NCBI GenBank assembly: GCA_949294455.1
Contig: CASFHD010000003.1
Span: 8,219 to 72,218, forward strand
DNA from: an uncultured Christensenella sp.
GTDB lineage: Bacteria > Bacillota > Clostridia > Christensenellales > UBA1242
DNA: 64,000 bases
Direction of reading: 5' to 3'
Shown: piece after piece, positions 56,149 to 64,000 of the stretch
Layout of the letters: the number at the start of each line of letters is the position of its first letter
How positions within the stretch are numbered: position 1 is the first letter of the stretch
The notes under the pieces: generated by a model
Told to the model about the DNA's origin: nothing
Databases searched by the model: none
Seen by the model: only the letters and a program-made list of their open reading frames with translations
Translations under genes and position numbers: made by a program

Positions 56149-56922
56149 ATGAAAAGAAGTGTTGTGATTTGTGGGGTAAATACTGCCAGCTTGCCAAAAA
56201 TGTCTAGTCAAGAGGCGACCGAAATTATAAAGAAAATAAAAGCAGGGGATAATGCCGCAAAAGATTATTTTATTTATTGTAATATGAGATTAGTTTTATC
56301 TTGCGCACAGAGATTTTCTCAATCGAAAGAGAATATGGACGATATCTTTCAAGTAGGCTGTGTTGGGCTTTTAAAAGCAATTGATAACTTTAATACTGAT
56401 TTAAATGTTAAATTTTCAACTTATGCAGTCCCTATGATTTTAGGAGAAATTAAGCGTTTTATACGCGATAGTTCTGCTATGCGTGTTTCAAGGAGTATCA
56501 GGGATACTGCGTATTTAGTTTTAAAAAGCAGAGAAAAATTATCTATTGATTTAGGTGATGAAGCAAGTCTTGAAGCGGTTGCTAGCGACCTTAATTTAAC
56601 CTTAAAAGAAGTCTGTGAAGCAATTGATTCGGTATCTGTCCCTATGTCGTTAGACGAAGCAATATATTCGGACACAGAGGGGAGTATTAATCTTATGGAA
56701 CACATAAAAGACGAAAGTGCATCAATTGAAAAATGGATGGATAATATGGATTTAGATAAAGCAATATTAAGTCTTGATGAGAGAGAAAAAGAAATTTTAT
56801 CTATGCGCTATTTTATAGGGAATACACAAATGGAAGTAAGTGATAAAATAGGAATATCTCAAGCACAAGTATCAAGAATTGAAAAAAATGCCCTTGATAC
56901 GATCAAACGCTTTATGTCATAA
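56149..56922 (+). CDS. sigG: sporulation sigma factor SigG
   Basis: MKRSVVICGVNTASLP parallels B. subtilis MSRNKVEICGVDTSKLP. Also FQVGCVGLLKAIDNFN, VKFSTYAVPMILGEIKRFIRD and ISQAQVSRIEK. The track's 56122 start adds 9 unsupported codons. Confidence 0.9.
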   Translation: MKRSVVICGVNTASLPKMSSQEATEIIKKIKAGDNAAKDYFIYCNMRLVLSCAQRFSQSKENMDDIFQVGCVGLLKAIDNFNTDLNVKFSTYAVPMILGEIKRFIRDSSAMRVSRSIRDTAYLVLKSREKLSIDLGDEASLEAVASDLNLTLKEVCEAIDSVSVPMSLDEAIYSDTEGSINLMEHIKDESASIEKWMDNMDLDKAILSLDEREKEILSMRYFIGNTQMEVSDKIGISQAQVSRIEKNALDTIKRFMS

Positions 56923-56940
56923 GCCTTAGGGCTTTTTTTA
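56921..56940 (+). terminator. rho-independent terminator
   Basis: Stem aagcc/ggctt followed by a T run, overlapping the sigG stop. Confidence 0.55.
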
Positions 56941-56998
56941 TTTTAAGTTCTTGCAAATAGGCTAAAATTATGTTATCATAACATAAGTTGGAGGTTTT

Positions 56999-57394
56999 AT
57001 GCCTAGAAGTTTAGAGCGAGAAACTGCTTTTAAGTTAATATATAGTAAACTTTTTATTGCTAATGTTGATGATAAATTAAATGTTATAGATGATGTTGTT
57101 GATTCTAGCAATGGGGAATTTAATTTTGAATATGCTAAACAGATTGTCAACACTTTTTCAAAAAATTATAGTGAGATTAATCAAATTATTACAAATGCAC
57201 TTAAAAATGGTTACAAAATTGAAAGGTTAAATAAAGTTGATTTAAGTTTAATCTGCCTTGCAATTACTGAAATTAAGTATTTAGGATTGGAAAAAAAGAT
57301 TGTTATAAACGAAGTTTTAGAGTTGTCTAAAAAATATAGCGATGAAAAGAGTTCAAAATTTATAAATGGAGTATTAGCATCAATTTTAAATTAA
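56999..57394 (+). CDS. nusB: transcription antitermination factor NusB
   Basis: R...RE.AF..IY start, ~130 aa, GGAGG RBS and nusB-xseA synteny. Confidence 0.85.
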   Translation: MPRSLERETAFKLIYSKLFIANVDDKLNVIDDVVDSSNGEFNFEYAKQIVNTFSKNYSEINQIITNALKNGYKIERLNKVDLSLICLAITEIKYLGLEKKIVINEVLELSKKYSDEKSSKFINGVLASILN

Positions 57395-57395
57395 T

Positions 57396-58583
57396 ATGTA
57401 TAATTATACGGTAAGTCAGGTTTCAACATTTATAAAGGATATTATAGACAATGAACCTATTTTGGAAAATATTACGGTAATGGGTGAAGTGTCTAGTTTT
57501 TCTATTTCTAGAAATATTGCCTATTTTTCAATAAAAGATAAAGATAGCGAACTAAATTGTATGATGTATTCTCCTAAATCAGCAGTTGAAATAGGCGAAC
57601 AAATATTGGTTACAGGTTCAGTAAAGTTTTATAAAAAATATGGTAAAATTACATTTACCGCTTATGATATAGAATTATTTGGTCAAGGTAAAATTTATTT
57701 ACAATTCATTAAACTAAAAAATGAATTAGAAAAATTAGGTTATTTTGCTGATGAACATAAACTAAAAAAGCCGGATAAAATTGAAAGAATAGGAGTTGTA
57801 ACATCTGCTACAGGTGCAGTGATACACGACATTCATAAGGTAATAAAAAGGCGAAATCCACATATAGATATCGTTGTGTATGATGTAAAAGTTCAAGGTG
57901 ATGGCGCTTCTCAAGAGATAGCAAATGGCATTAATTTCTTTTCAGATTACGATAAGGTTGATGCTGTTATCGTGGCAAGAGGTGGTGGAAGTAATGAAGA
58001 TTTAAGTCCATTCAACACAGAAATAGTGGCTAAAGCGGGGTATAATTGTAATAAATTCTTAATTTCGGCTGTGGGACACGAAGTTGATACAACGCTATTA
58101 GATTTGGTGGCTGATGTTAGAGCATCAACACCTTCAGTGGCGGCGGAGTTGATTAGTACTGATTTGTTTGATATAAAACATAAATTAAGAAAAATAATTA
58201 ATTTTATGCAAACAAAACTAAATCTTATAAAGCAACAACTAAATACAAGGTTTAAAATCACTTTTGATGATATAACAAAACAAATAACTCTGAATCTTGA
58301 TAGAAGTAAAAATACTATTAATAATACTTTAAATTCATTAAATATAAAAATTAACGATTTAATAAACTCAACTAAATATCGTATAGGTATAGATTTGAAT
58401 ACACTAGATAAACTTAATCCTATAAAAATTTTAGAAAGTGGCTATAGTGTTGTTACATTGAATGGTAAAAATATAAATGATGCTAATTGCAAGGTCGGAA
58501 GTAATATTAATATTAAAACAAATAAATTAAATATTTTAGCGAAAGTTTTGGAGATTTCAAATGAGACTAGAAGAAAAAATTAA
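57396..58583 (+). CDS. xseA: exodeoxyribonuclease VII large subunit
   Basis: N-terminal OB fold (V.GE.S......SGH.YF..KD pattern), IGVVTS..GA...D and RGGGS.EDL. Confidence 0.9.
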   Translation: MYNYTVSQVSTFIKDIIDNEPILENITVMGEVSSFSISRNIAYFSIKDKDSELNCMMYSPKSAVEIGEQILVTGSVKFYKKYGKITFTAYDIELFGQGKIYLQFIKLKNELEKLGYFADEHKLKKPDKIERIGVVTSATGAVIHDIHKVIKRRNPHIDIVVYDVKVQGDGASQEIANGINFFSDYDKVDAVIVARGGGSNEDLSPFNTEIVAKAGYNCNKFLISAVGHEVDTTLLDLVADVRASTPSVAAELISTDLFDIKHKLRKIINFMQTKLNLIKQQLNTRFKITFDDITKQITLNLDRSKNTINNTLNSLNIKINDLINSTKYRIGIDLNTLDKLNPIKILESGYSVVTLNGKNINDANCKVGSNINIKTNKLNILAKVLEISNETRRKN

Positions 58584-58767
58584 AAAAATAGAAGAATTAA
58601 ATGAAGCAATTTCAAATATTGATAATTTAGATGAGGCGGTTAAATTATACGAAGAAGCCAGTCTTTTAGCACTAGATATTTCAAAAGATTTGAAAGAAAT
58701 TGATGGTAAAGTAACTAAAATTAAAGGAAATATTGAAGAAATTTTTTTGGAGGAAGAAGATGAGTGA
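58561..58767 (+). CDS. xseB: exodeoxyribonuclease VII small subunit
   Basis: 68-aa helical protein overlapping the xseA 3' end. L.EA..LYEE...L pattern. Confidence 0.8.
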   Translation: MRLEEKIKKIEELNEAISNIDNLDEAVKLYEEASLLALDISKDLKEIDGKVTKIKGNIEEIFLEEEDE

Positions 58768-60187
58768 TAAAAATTTTGTAAAAGATTTAGCAGATATTGA
58801 TAAAGATTTTTCCAAGTGGTACACAGACATAGTTTTAAAATGTAACCTTGCAGATTACTCTCCTGTAAGAGGCTGTATGGTTATAAAGCCTTATGGATAT
58901 GCTATATGGGAACAAATTCAAGAGTATTTTAATAAAAGACTAAAATTATTGGGCGTAAAAAATGCATATTTTCCAATGTTTATCCCTGAAAGTTTTTTAT
59001 TAAAAGAAGCAGAACACGTAGAAGGTTTCGCTCCAGAAGTAGCCATTGTTACAAAAGCAGGTGGCGAAGATTTAACAGAAAATTTAATTGTGCGTCCTAC
59101 TAGCGAAACAATCATTGGCAGTATGTTTTCAAAATGGATAAAATCTTATAGAGATTTACCATATAAAATAAATCAATGGTGTAATGTAGTGCGATGGGAA
59201 AAAACTACTCGTCCTTTTTTGCGAACGAGTGAATTTTTATGGCAAGAGGGGCATAGCGTACACTTGGATGAATTTGATGCAAAAGAATCTACCATACAAA
59301 TGTTTGATGAGTACATAAAATTATGCAAAGATTTGTTAGCAATACCTGTGTTATCTGGCAAAAAAACAGAAAAAGAAAAATTTGCAGGTGCTGATGAAAC
59401 TTATTCAATTGAAGCAAGAATGCACGATGGCAAATGTTTACAATCGGGGACATCTCACAATTTAGGTCGACATTTTACAAAAGCCTTTGATATAAAATAT
59501 TTATCAAGTGAAGGCGTTGAAAAATATGCCTATTCAACTTCTTATGGGATTTCAACACGACTTATTGGGGCAATTATTATGGTTCATGGAGATAACAGGG
59601 GCTTAAAACTCCCACCAAGAGTAGCACCAATACAAATAATGATTATACCAATTGCTAGCCATAAGCCTGGTGTTATAGATAAATGTAGGGAAATTAAAGA
59701 TATTTTACTTTCAAATGGTTTCAGGGTTGAAATTGATGAAAGTGACAACACACCTGGTTATAAATTCAATGAATGTGAACTAAAGGGCATTCCTTTAAGA
59801 CTAGAAATAGGTCCGCGAGATATTGAAAACAATTTAGCAACTGCTGTAAGGCGTGATAATTTAGAAAAATTTACCATAGGGTTTGAGGCTATTGACCAAT
59901 CAGTAAAATTAATATTAGATGAAATACATAATAATATGTATAACACTGCTTTGAAACAATTAAACGACAATATCATTGAAACAGATAATAAAGAAGATTT
60001 AATTAAATCAGTTGACAATGGGAAAATTGCATTGTGTCATCATTGTGGCGAGATTGATTGTGAAAAGGCATTACAGGAAGAAACATCAATAAAATCTAGG
60101 GTTATTTATGATTATGATACAAGCAAACCATGTGCTATCTGTGGCAAAAAGTCAAAGTACAGAGTATATTTTGCTAAACAATATTAA
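58760..60187 (+). CDS. proS: prolyl-tRNA synthetase, archaeal/eukaryote-like form with C-terminal zinc-binding domain
   Basis: F..WY.......L.DY.PV.G..V..P.G..IWE, class II motifs, a C-terminal Cys cluster and terminal Tyr. GGAGG RBS before ATG 58760. Confidence 0.9.
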   Translation: MSDKNFVKDLADIDKDFSKWYTDIVLKCNLADYSPVRGCMVIKPYGYAIWEQIQEYFNKRLKLLGVKNAYFPMFIPESFLLKEAEHVEGFAPEVAIVTKAGGEDLTENLIVRPTSETIIGSMFSKWIKSYRDLPYKINQWCNVVRWEKTTRPFLRTSEFLWQEGHSVHLDEFDAKESTIQMFDEYIKLCKDLLAIPVLSGKKTEKEKFAGADETYSIEARMHDGKCLQSGTSHNLGRHFTKAFDIKYLSSEGVEKYAYSTSYGISTRLIGAIIMVHGDNRGLKLPPRVAPIQIMIIPIASHKPGVIDKCREIKDILLSNGFRVEIDESDNTPGYKFNECELKGIPLRLEIGPRDIENNLATAVRRDNLEKFTIGFEAIDQSVKLILDEIHNNMYNTALKQLNDNIIETDNKEDLIKSVDNGKIALCHHCGEIDCEKALQEETSIKSRVIYDYDTSKPCAICGKKSKYRVYFAKQY

Positions 60188-60218
60188 AAGATTATATTTA
60201 ATTTAATGAATACCAGAA

Positions 60219-60257
60219 AATAAGACAAAATAATGTAAAATGTCTTATTTTTTTTTA
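60219..60257 (+). terminator. rho-independent terminator
   Basis: Stem ataagaca/tgtcttat followed by a long T run. Confidence 0.6.
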
Positions 60258-60293
60258 TTTGTTTTAAGCTAGAATGACAAAAAGGGGGACGAG

Positions 60294-60602
60294 ATGAAAA
60301 TTAAATCAAGACTTTATAAAAATTCTTTATATATAATGCTAATTGGCGAATTAGATGAATATACAGCAGAGTACACTCGTAATACTCTTGATGAACTTTT
60401 TGATAAAAATAAGTTTCTACAAGTGATTATTGACTTATCTGAAATGACTTTTATGGATTCTACAGGTGTCGGCGTTTTAATTGGAAGATATAAAAAATTA
60501 GTAACTAAAGATATACCTATTTTTATATCTAATCCATCAAAACACGCTGAAAAGATTTTTAAAATGGCAGGATTATACGACATAATGCCATTAATTAGTT
60601 AA
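60294..60602 (+). CDS. spoIIAA: anti-sigma-F factor antagonist SpoIIAA (STAS)
   Basis: GELD......R, and FMDSTGVGVLIG containing the phosphorylatable Ser. GGGGGA RBS. Confidence 0.9.
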   Translation: MKIKSRLYKNSLYIMLIGELDEYTAEYTRNTLDELFDKNKFLQVIIDLSEMTFMDSTGVGVLIGRYKKLVTKDIPIFISNPSKHAEKIFKMAGLYDIMPLIS

Positions 60603-60611
60603 GGAGTTTAT

Positions 60612-61052
60612 ATGAAAAATAGTTTAGAAGCAAAATTTTTAGCAGTTAAGGAAAATGAGTCATTAGCGCGTGTTATTGTGAGTGCTTTTTGTCTTCCGTT
60701 AGAACCTAGTCTAGATGAGTTGGAAGATATAAAGACGGCGGTTAGTGAAGCAGTTACAAATGTTATTGTTCACGCATATCCAAAATTGGCAGGTATGGTT
60801 ACATTAAAATGTATGTACGAAGCAGATGTATTACAGATTTCTGTAATAGACAGCGGTATAGGAATATCGGATATAGCAAAAGCGCGTGCACCTTTTTTTA
60901 CATCGAAAGCGGACGAAGAAAGAAGTGGTATGGGGTTTACTGTAATGGAAAGTTTTATGGATAGTCTTGATGTGTCTTCAAATAAAACCAGCGGAATTAC
61001 TGTAAAAATGACAAAGCGTATACTAGGAGAACGAAAGCGAGATGTTGTCTAA
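60612..61052 (+). CDS. spoIIAB: anti-sigma-F factor / serine kinase SpoIIAB
   Basis: E.R..V......L...L.DIKTAVSEAVTN.I.HAY, D.G.GI and ERSGMGFT. Confidence 0.9.
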   Translation: MKNSLEAKFLAVKENESLARVIVSAFCLPLEPSLDELEDIKTAVSEAVTNVIVHAYPKLAGMVTLKCMYEADVLQISVIDSGIGISDIAKARAPFFTSKADEERSGMGFTVMESFMDSLDVSSNKTSGITVKMTKRILGERKRDVV

Positions 61053-61764
61053 TGAAGAAAATTTAGACTTACTTAAAAAAGCACAAAACGGCGATGAATC
61101 CGCAAAAAATAAATTAGTAGAATCAAATATGCCTTTAATTAAAAGTATAGTAACAAGATATAAATTTAAAGGTGTAGAATACGAAGATTTAATGCAATTA
61201 GGAGCATTGGGACTAAGTAAGGCAATTATAAATTATGATGCCAAGTTTAATACTAAATTTTCTACTTATGCCGTCTATATGATTGCGGGTGAAATTAAGC
61301 GTTTTCTTCGAGATGATGGTGCGATAAAAGTAAGTCGCAGTATGAAAAAAAATTATAAAGAAATAATGAATTTTATTGATGAATTCAAATTGACAACCAG
61401 AGAAAATCCAGACATTTCATTAATAGCAAAAAAATTTAATATGGACAAGACAGATGTCATCTTGACATTAGAATCAAATAAAATGCCTATATCTATTTAT
61501 GATAAAGTTGATTCGGATAGCGATGAAGGGAGTATAGAAAGCAAATTAGAATCCTCTTTCAATATAGAAAATTTCACTAATAGACTTGCATTAAAAGAGT
61601 TGATTGAAAAACTAACGCCTAGAGAAAAAAGGATAATTATTTTAAGATACTTTTTAGGGAAAACACAAAGTGAAGTATCAAAAATGATGAAAGTGTCGCA
61701 AGTACAAGTATCAAGAATTGAAAGTAAAATATTAGATAATTTGAAAAAGGAATTGTCTCTGTAA
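61042..61764 (+). CDS. sigF: sporulation sigma factor SigF
   Basis: KFSTYAVYMIAGEIKRFLRDDGAIKVSRS and VSQVQVSRIESKIL. Overlaps spoIIAB. Confidence 0.9.
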   Translation: MLSNEENLDLLKKAQNGDESAKNKLVESNMPLIKSIVTRYKFKGVEYEDLMQLGALGLSKAIINYDAKFNTKFSTYAVYMIAGEIKRFLRDDGAIKVSRSMKKNYKEIMNFIDEFKLTTRENPDISLIAKKFNMDKTDVILTLESNKMPISIYDKVDSDSDEGSIESKLESSFNIENFTNRLALKELIEKLTPREKRIIILRYFLGKTQSEVSKMMKVSQVQVSRIESKILDNLKKELSL

Positions 61765-61767
61765 AGA

Positions 61768-61800
61768 TAAAAAAAGAAAATCATCAAACTGATTTTCTAA
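61768..61800 (-). terminator. hairpin terminator; the T run lies on the minus strand
   Basis: Stem agaaaatca/tgattttct. The A run on the + strand side gives a U tract for the minus-strand transcript. Confidence 0.5.
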
Positions 61801-61810
61801 AAATTACATT

Positions 61811-63064
61811 CTAATTATTTTGTAATGCTTTTGGTTGTTTTTTGTTTCCTAATTTAAAGCCAAAATTGCTTTTTTCCATGCTATCTAAATTACTTTTTAA
61901 AGTTTCACCTTTAAAAGTATCAATATTTTTTTTGAAGTTGAATTTTTTTGATTTTTTCATACTGTCAGTGTTTGTTATGTCAGTTGAAACATCTAATTTG
62001 CCTTCATCATTTTTTTCGTCATTTAAAGCATTGTCAATTTTTTCGTCAATCATTTTTTCAACATTTAAGTTAGTATTACCTAAATTTGAATTTGTTTGTC
62101 CGTTTAAATAATTAAATCTGTTTGCACCTAACACGCCGTTGTTAAGATTAGCAGTATTAAAAAATGTATCAGTGTTTTTTGGCATTGTTTGCATTGTGTC
62201 AATGTTACTTTTTAATATAGGTTTATCATAAGTATCTATATTTCTTACCTTGTTTTTATCATTATCTAAATTTTCTAAAGTCATAATACCATTTTTTTCG
62301 TTTGAATCTTTGACTTCTTCATTGGTCAAATCTTCTGGCAATAATTCAGTTGCTAATTTAGTATTGTCAGTTGTCTTTATTTCTTTATTTGAACCTTCTA
62401 AATTTTTACTAATATTTTGTTCATTTTTTTTATCGGTAATTTTATTGATGGTATTTAATTCTTTAGTTAAATTTTCATTACTTATATCAGCATTTTGATT
62501 AATTTCAGTATTAGTAGTTTCATTATTTATATTATTATCAGTTGAATTTGTATCATTGTCAAAAGAATTCATATTCTCATCTTTGTTCTTATCTACTTTT
62601 TCATAAGGAGTAGGTATCATATCTGGATTGTAATACAAATTTGGATATCTAATCATTGAAAGCATAAAATAACCATCTCTTATTCTTGGAGCTAAATAGT
62701 AAGTGTAGAATGGTGAGTTTAATATAGTATCTTCATTTTGTTTTATTGAACGAATTTGTTCTCTTAATAAATTTTGATTTTCAAATAATTGATTTTTTTC
62801 TTCGTCAGTTAAAGTGATTTCTTCTGACAAAATTTTTTCAATGAGTTCATTTTGTGCTTTTTCTAAAGATTCTAAACATTCAAGGCAACTAGCATAATTA
62901 TCTGTTAAAGTATTAAAAGGTGTTAGGGTCGTGTCTGAATTTTCATAAGCATTTTGTGTAGTTTCTTCAGCATAAGTTTTATTTATACCATTTATTGCAA
63001 AAGCAGAACCACCCAAAGCCAAAAGCGAACCGCTAATAATTAATGTTTTTGTTAATTTGTTCAT
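61811..63064 (-). CDS. hypothetical secreted protein, N/T/D/K-rich low complexity
   Basis: Signal peptide MNKLTKTLIISGSLLALGGSAFA, a structured ~140-aa N-domain and a long low-complexity C-terminal part. GGAGGA RBS. Confidence 0.6.
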   Translation of the reverse strand: MNKLTKTLIISGSLLALGGSAFAINGINKTYAEETTQNAYENSDTTLTPFNTLTDNYASCLECLESLEKAQNELIEKILSEEITLTDEEKNQLFENQNLLREQIRSIKQNEDTILNSPFYTYYLAPRIRDGYFMLSMIRYPNLYYNPDMIPTPYEKVDKNKDENMNSFDNDTNSTDNNINNETTNTEINQNADISNENLTKELNTINKITDKKNEQNISKNLEGSNKEIKTTDNTKLATELLPEDLTNEEVKDSNEKNGIMTLENLDNDKNKVRNIDTYDKPILKSNIDTMQTMPKNTDTFFNTANLNNGVLGANRFNYLNGQTNSNLGNTNLNVEKMIDEKIDNALNDEKNDEGKLDVSTDITNTDSMKKSKKFNFKKNIDTFKGETLKSNLDSMEKSNFGFKLGNKKQPKALQNN

Positions 63065-63243
63065 AATATCCTCCGCAAATATTTTGTGCTAAACGCCAAA
63101 GAATATTTATTGAAAAATAAAAAATAAATTAAAAATATTTAAAACATATAAAAATTTACGAAATAATTTTAAATTTACAATAAAAAAAGTCAATTTAATA
63201 ATAATTTTAATTAATTTGTCAAAAATACCATAATGAGGTATTT

Positions 63244-63690
63244 ATGAACGAACTAAAAAGAAATCAACATTACAATGCTTATGTGGAAGCAAAATTGCCA
63301 AAAACTCATTTCATATCAAGTTTAGCTAAAGCATTTTTTGTGGGTGGTATAATATGTGTTTTTGGTCAGTTATTTTTTGACTTGTATAGTTATTTTTTTC
63401 CAAACCTTAGTGAAAATGAAATTAGTGCCTGTATGCTTATAACTATAATTGTAATAACACAATTCTTAACAGCAATTGGAGTTTACGACAAAATTGGCGC
63501 ATTTGGTGGGGCAGGTAGTGTTATACCAATAACGGGATATGCTAACTCAATGTGTTCGCCTGCGCTTGAATTCAAACGAGAAGGGATTATATATGGTATT
63601 TGCGTAAAAATATTTACCATAGCAGGACCAGTTATTGTAATAGGTATTGTCGGGTCAGTAATTGTAGGACTAATTTATTTTATAATTTAA
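63244..63690 (+). CDS. spoVAC: stage V sporulation protein AC
   Basis: KAF.VGG.IC..GQ, G.YD.IG.F.GAGS..P.TG.ANSM ... E.K.EG. 148 aa. Confidence 0.9.
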   Translation: MNELKRNQHYNAYVEAKLPKTHFISSLAKAFFVGGIICVFGQLFFDLYSYFFPNLSENEISACMLITIIVITQFLTAIGVYDKIGAFGGAGSVIPITGYANSMCSPALEFKREGIIYGICVKIFTIAGPVIVIGIVGSVIVGLIYFII

Positions 63691-63698
63691 GGAGAAAT

Positions 63699-64000
63699 AT
63701 GGCTATAAATAAACAAACTATAATATTGAAAAACAAACCTAGAATAATAGGACATTTTTCAATGGTGGGACCGATGGAAGGGAAAGGCCCATTAAAAGAT
63801 TATTTTGATTATATAGTAAAAGATGATTTAATGAAGCAAACCTCATACGAAAAAAGTGAGAGGACTATGTTAGAACATATCATTTTTGGAGCTATTGATA
63901 AAGCGGGTTATAAAATAGATGATATTGATGTTATGCTAGGCGGAGATTTGTTAAATCAGATTGTCACATCGTCGTTTACAGCAAGAAAATTTAAAATTAC
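63699..64000 (+). CDS. spoVAD: stage V sporulation protein AD (5' part, runs off the window)
   Basis: Not in the ORF track because no stop is reached. AGGAGA RBS. Translation MAINKQTIILKNKPRIIGHFSMVGPMEGKGPLKDYFD...GGDLLNQ matches the thiolase-like SpoVAD N-terminus. spoVAC-spoVAD synteny. Confidence 0.85.
   Translation, partial: MAINKQTIILKNKPRIIGHFSMVGPMEGKGPLKDYFDYIVKDDLMKQTSYEKSERTMLEHIIFGAIDKAGYKIDDIDVMLGGDLLNQIVTSSFTARKFKI

Noticed and set aside
2114-62498. All other short antisense or off-frame ORFs in the track that lie within the larger annotated CDSs. Examples: 2114..2299, 3296..3736, 3995..4252, 4929..5237, 9797..9988, 10833..11105, 15536..15796, 20091..20306, 23296..23565, 24343..24657, 25583..25939, 26360..26674, 29314..29547, 32163..32375, 33437..33694, 34061..34258, 38390..38752, 39131..39325, 42895..43212, 44278..44487, 44770..45081, 47395..47685, 48145..48342, 49016..49333, 51908..52271, 52999..53229, 54183..54371, 54563..55006, 55612..55854, 56421..56705, 56968..57153, 57947..58261, 58918..59361, 59758..60018, 60314..60583, 61497..61787, 61842..62111 and 62250..62498
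   Set aside because: Each is fully embedded in, or antisense to, a longer ORF with recognisable protein-family motifs. Their products are F/I/L/S-rich, as expected for the reverse frames of AT-rich genes.
1-64000. Alternative genetic code (TGA read as Trp, Mollicutes-like) suggested by the extreme AT richness
   Set aside because: TGA terminates well-conserved genes at the expected length, for example ileS at 11365-11367 and sigE at 54361-54363. Conserved proteins translate full-length under code 11.

Overview
The window is a very AT-rich stretch of core chromosome from an endospore-forming, Clostridia-like Firmicute. TGA is used as a stop codon, so it is standard code 11, and the intergenic spacers are almost free of G/C.

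**Content, mostly on the + strand:**
- Start of the window: yebC, ruvC, ftsY, rbgA, rnhB, then yraN on the minus strand.
- A long Bacillus-type SRP RNA that the ORF track misses, followed by a type-2 ileS.
- dfx, an RluA-family synthase and a Ppx/GppA-like protein.
- A cell-division block: divergent mreB-like gene, minD, minE-like gene and spoIVFB-like protease.
- Seven tRNAs.
- Type IIA topoisomerase subunits that look like parE/parC.
- A MazF toxin module, ylmC and nrdR.
- The rplU-prp-rpmA operon.
- ctsR, an mcsA-like gene and clpC.
- A minus-strand subtilase operon.
- An Fe-ADH and a cysteine desulfurase.
- Small membrane proteins and an SDR.
- The comEC-holA pair.
- dnaG and sigA.
- Sporulation genes: a dense set of sporulation sigma genes (sigK-like, an extra paralog, spoIIGA-sigE, sigG, spoIIAA-spoIIAB-sigF), with nusB, xseAB and proS lying between sigG and spoIIAA, then spoVAC and a partial spoVAD at the window end.

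**What is absent:** I see no transposase, integrase, prophage, CRISPR array or recognisable defence system.

**Best candidates for new biology:**
1. The sigma-factor cluster. It includes a free-standing ORF resembling sigma-70 regions 1.2-2.x wedged between dnaG and sigA. It also has a sigA with a duplicated region 1.1, and a tandem pair of sigE/sigK-family paralogs. The first paralog lacks any possible pro-sequence.
2. An operon of an acidic small protein, an S8 protease and a degenerate ABC-ATPase-like protein.
3. An orphan cytoplasmic HExxH...NExxxD zincin.
4. Several lineage-specific orphan genes inserted antisense into conserved gene blocks.
5. Tandem duplications that copy gene 3' ends plus downstream DNA.

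Several NTPase-fold proteins (MreB-like, Ppx-like, ABC-like) have eroded nucleotide-binding motifs, which fits a fast-evolving, possibly reduced genome.

All functional calls come from motif recognition by eye and from synteny. No database search was run.
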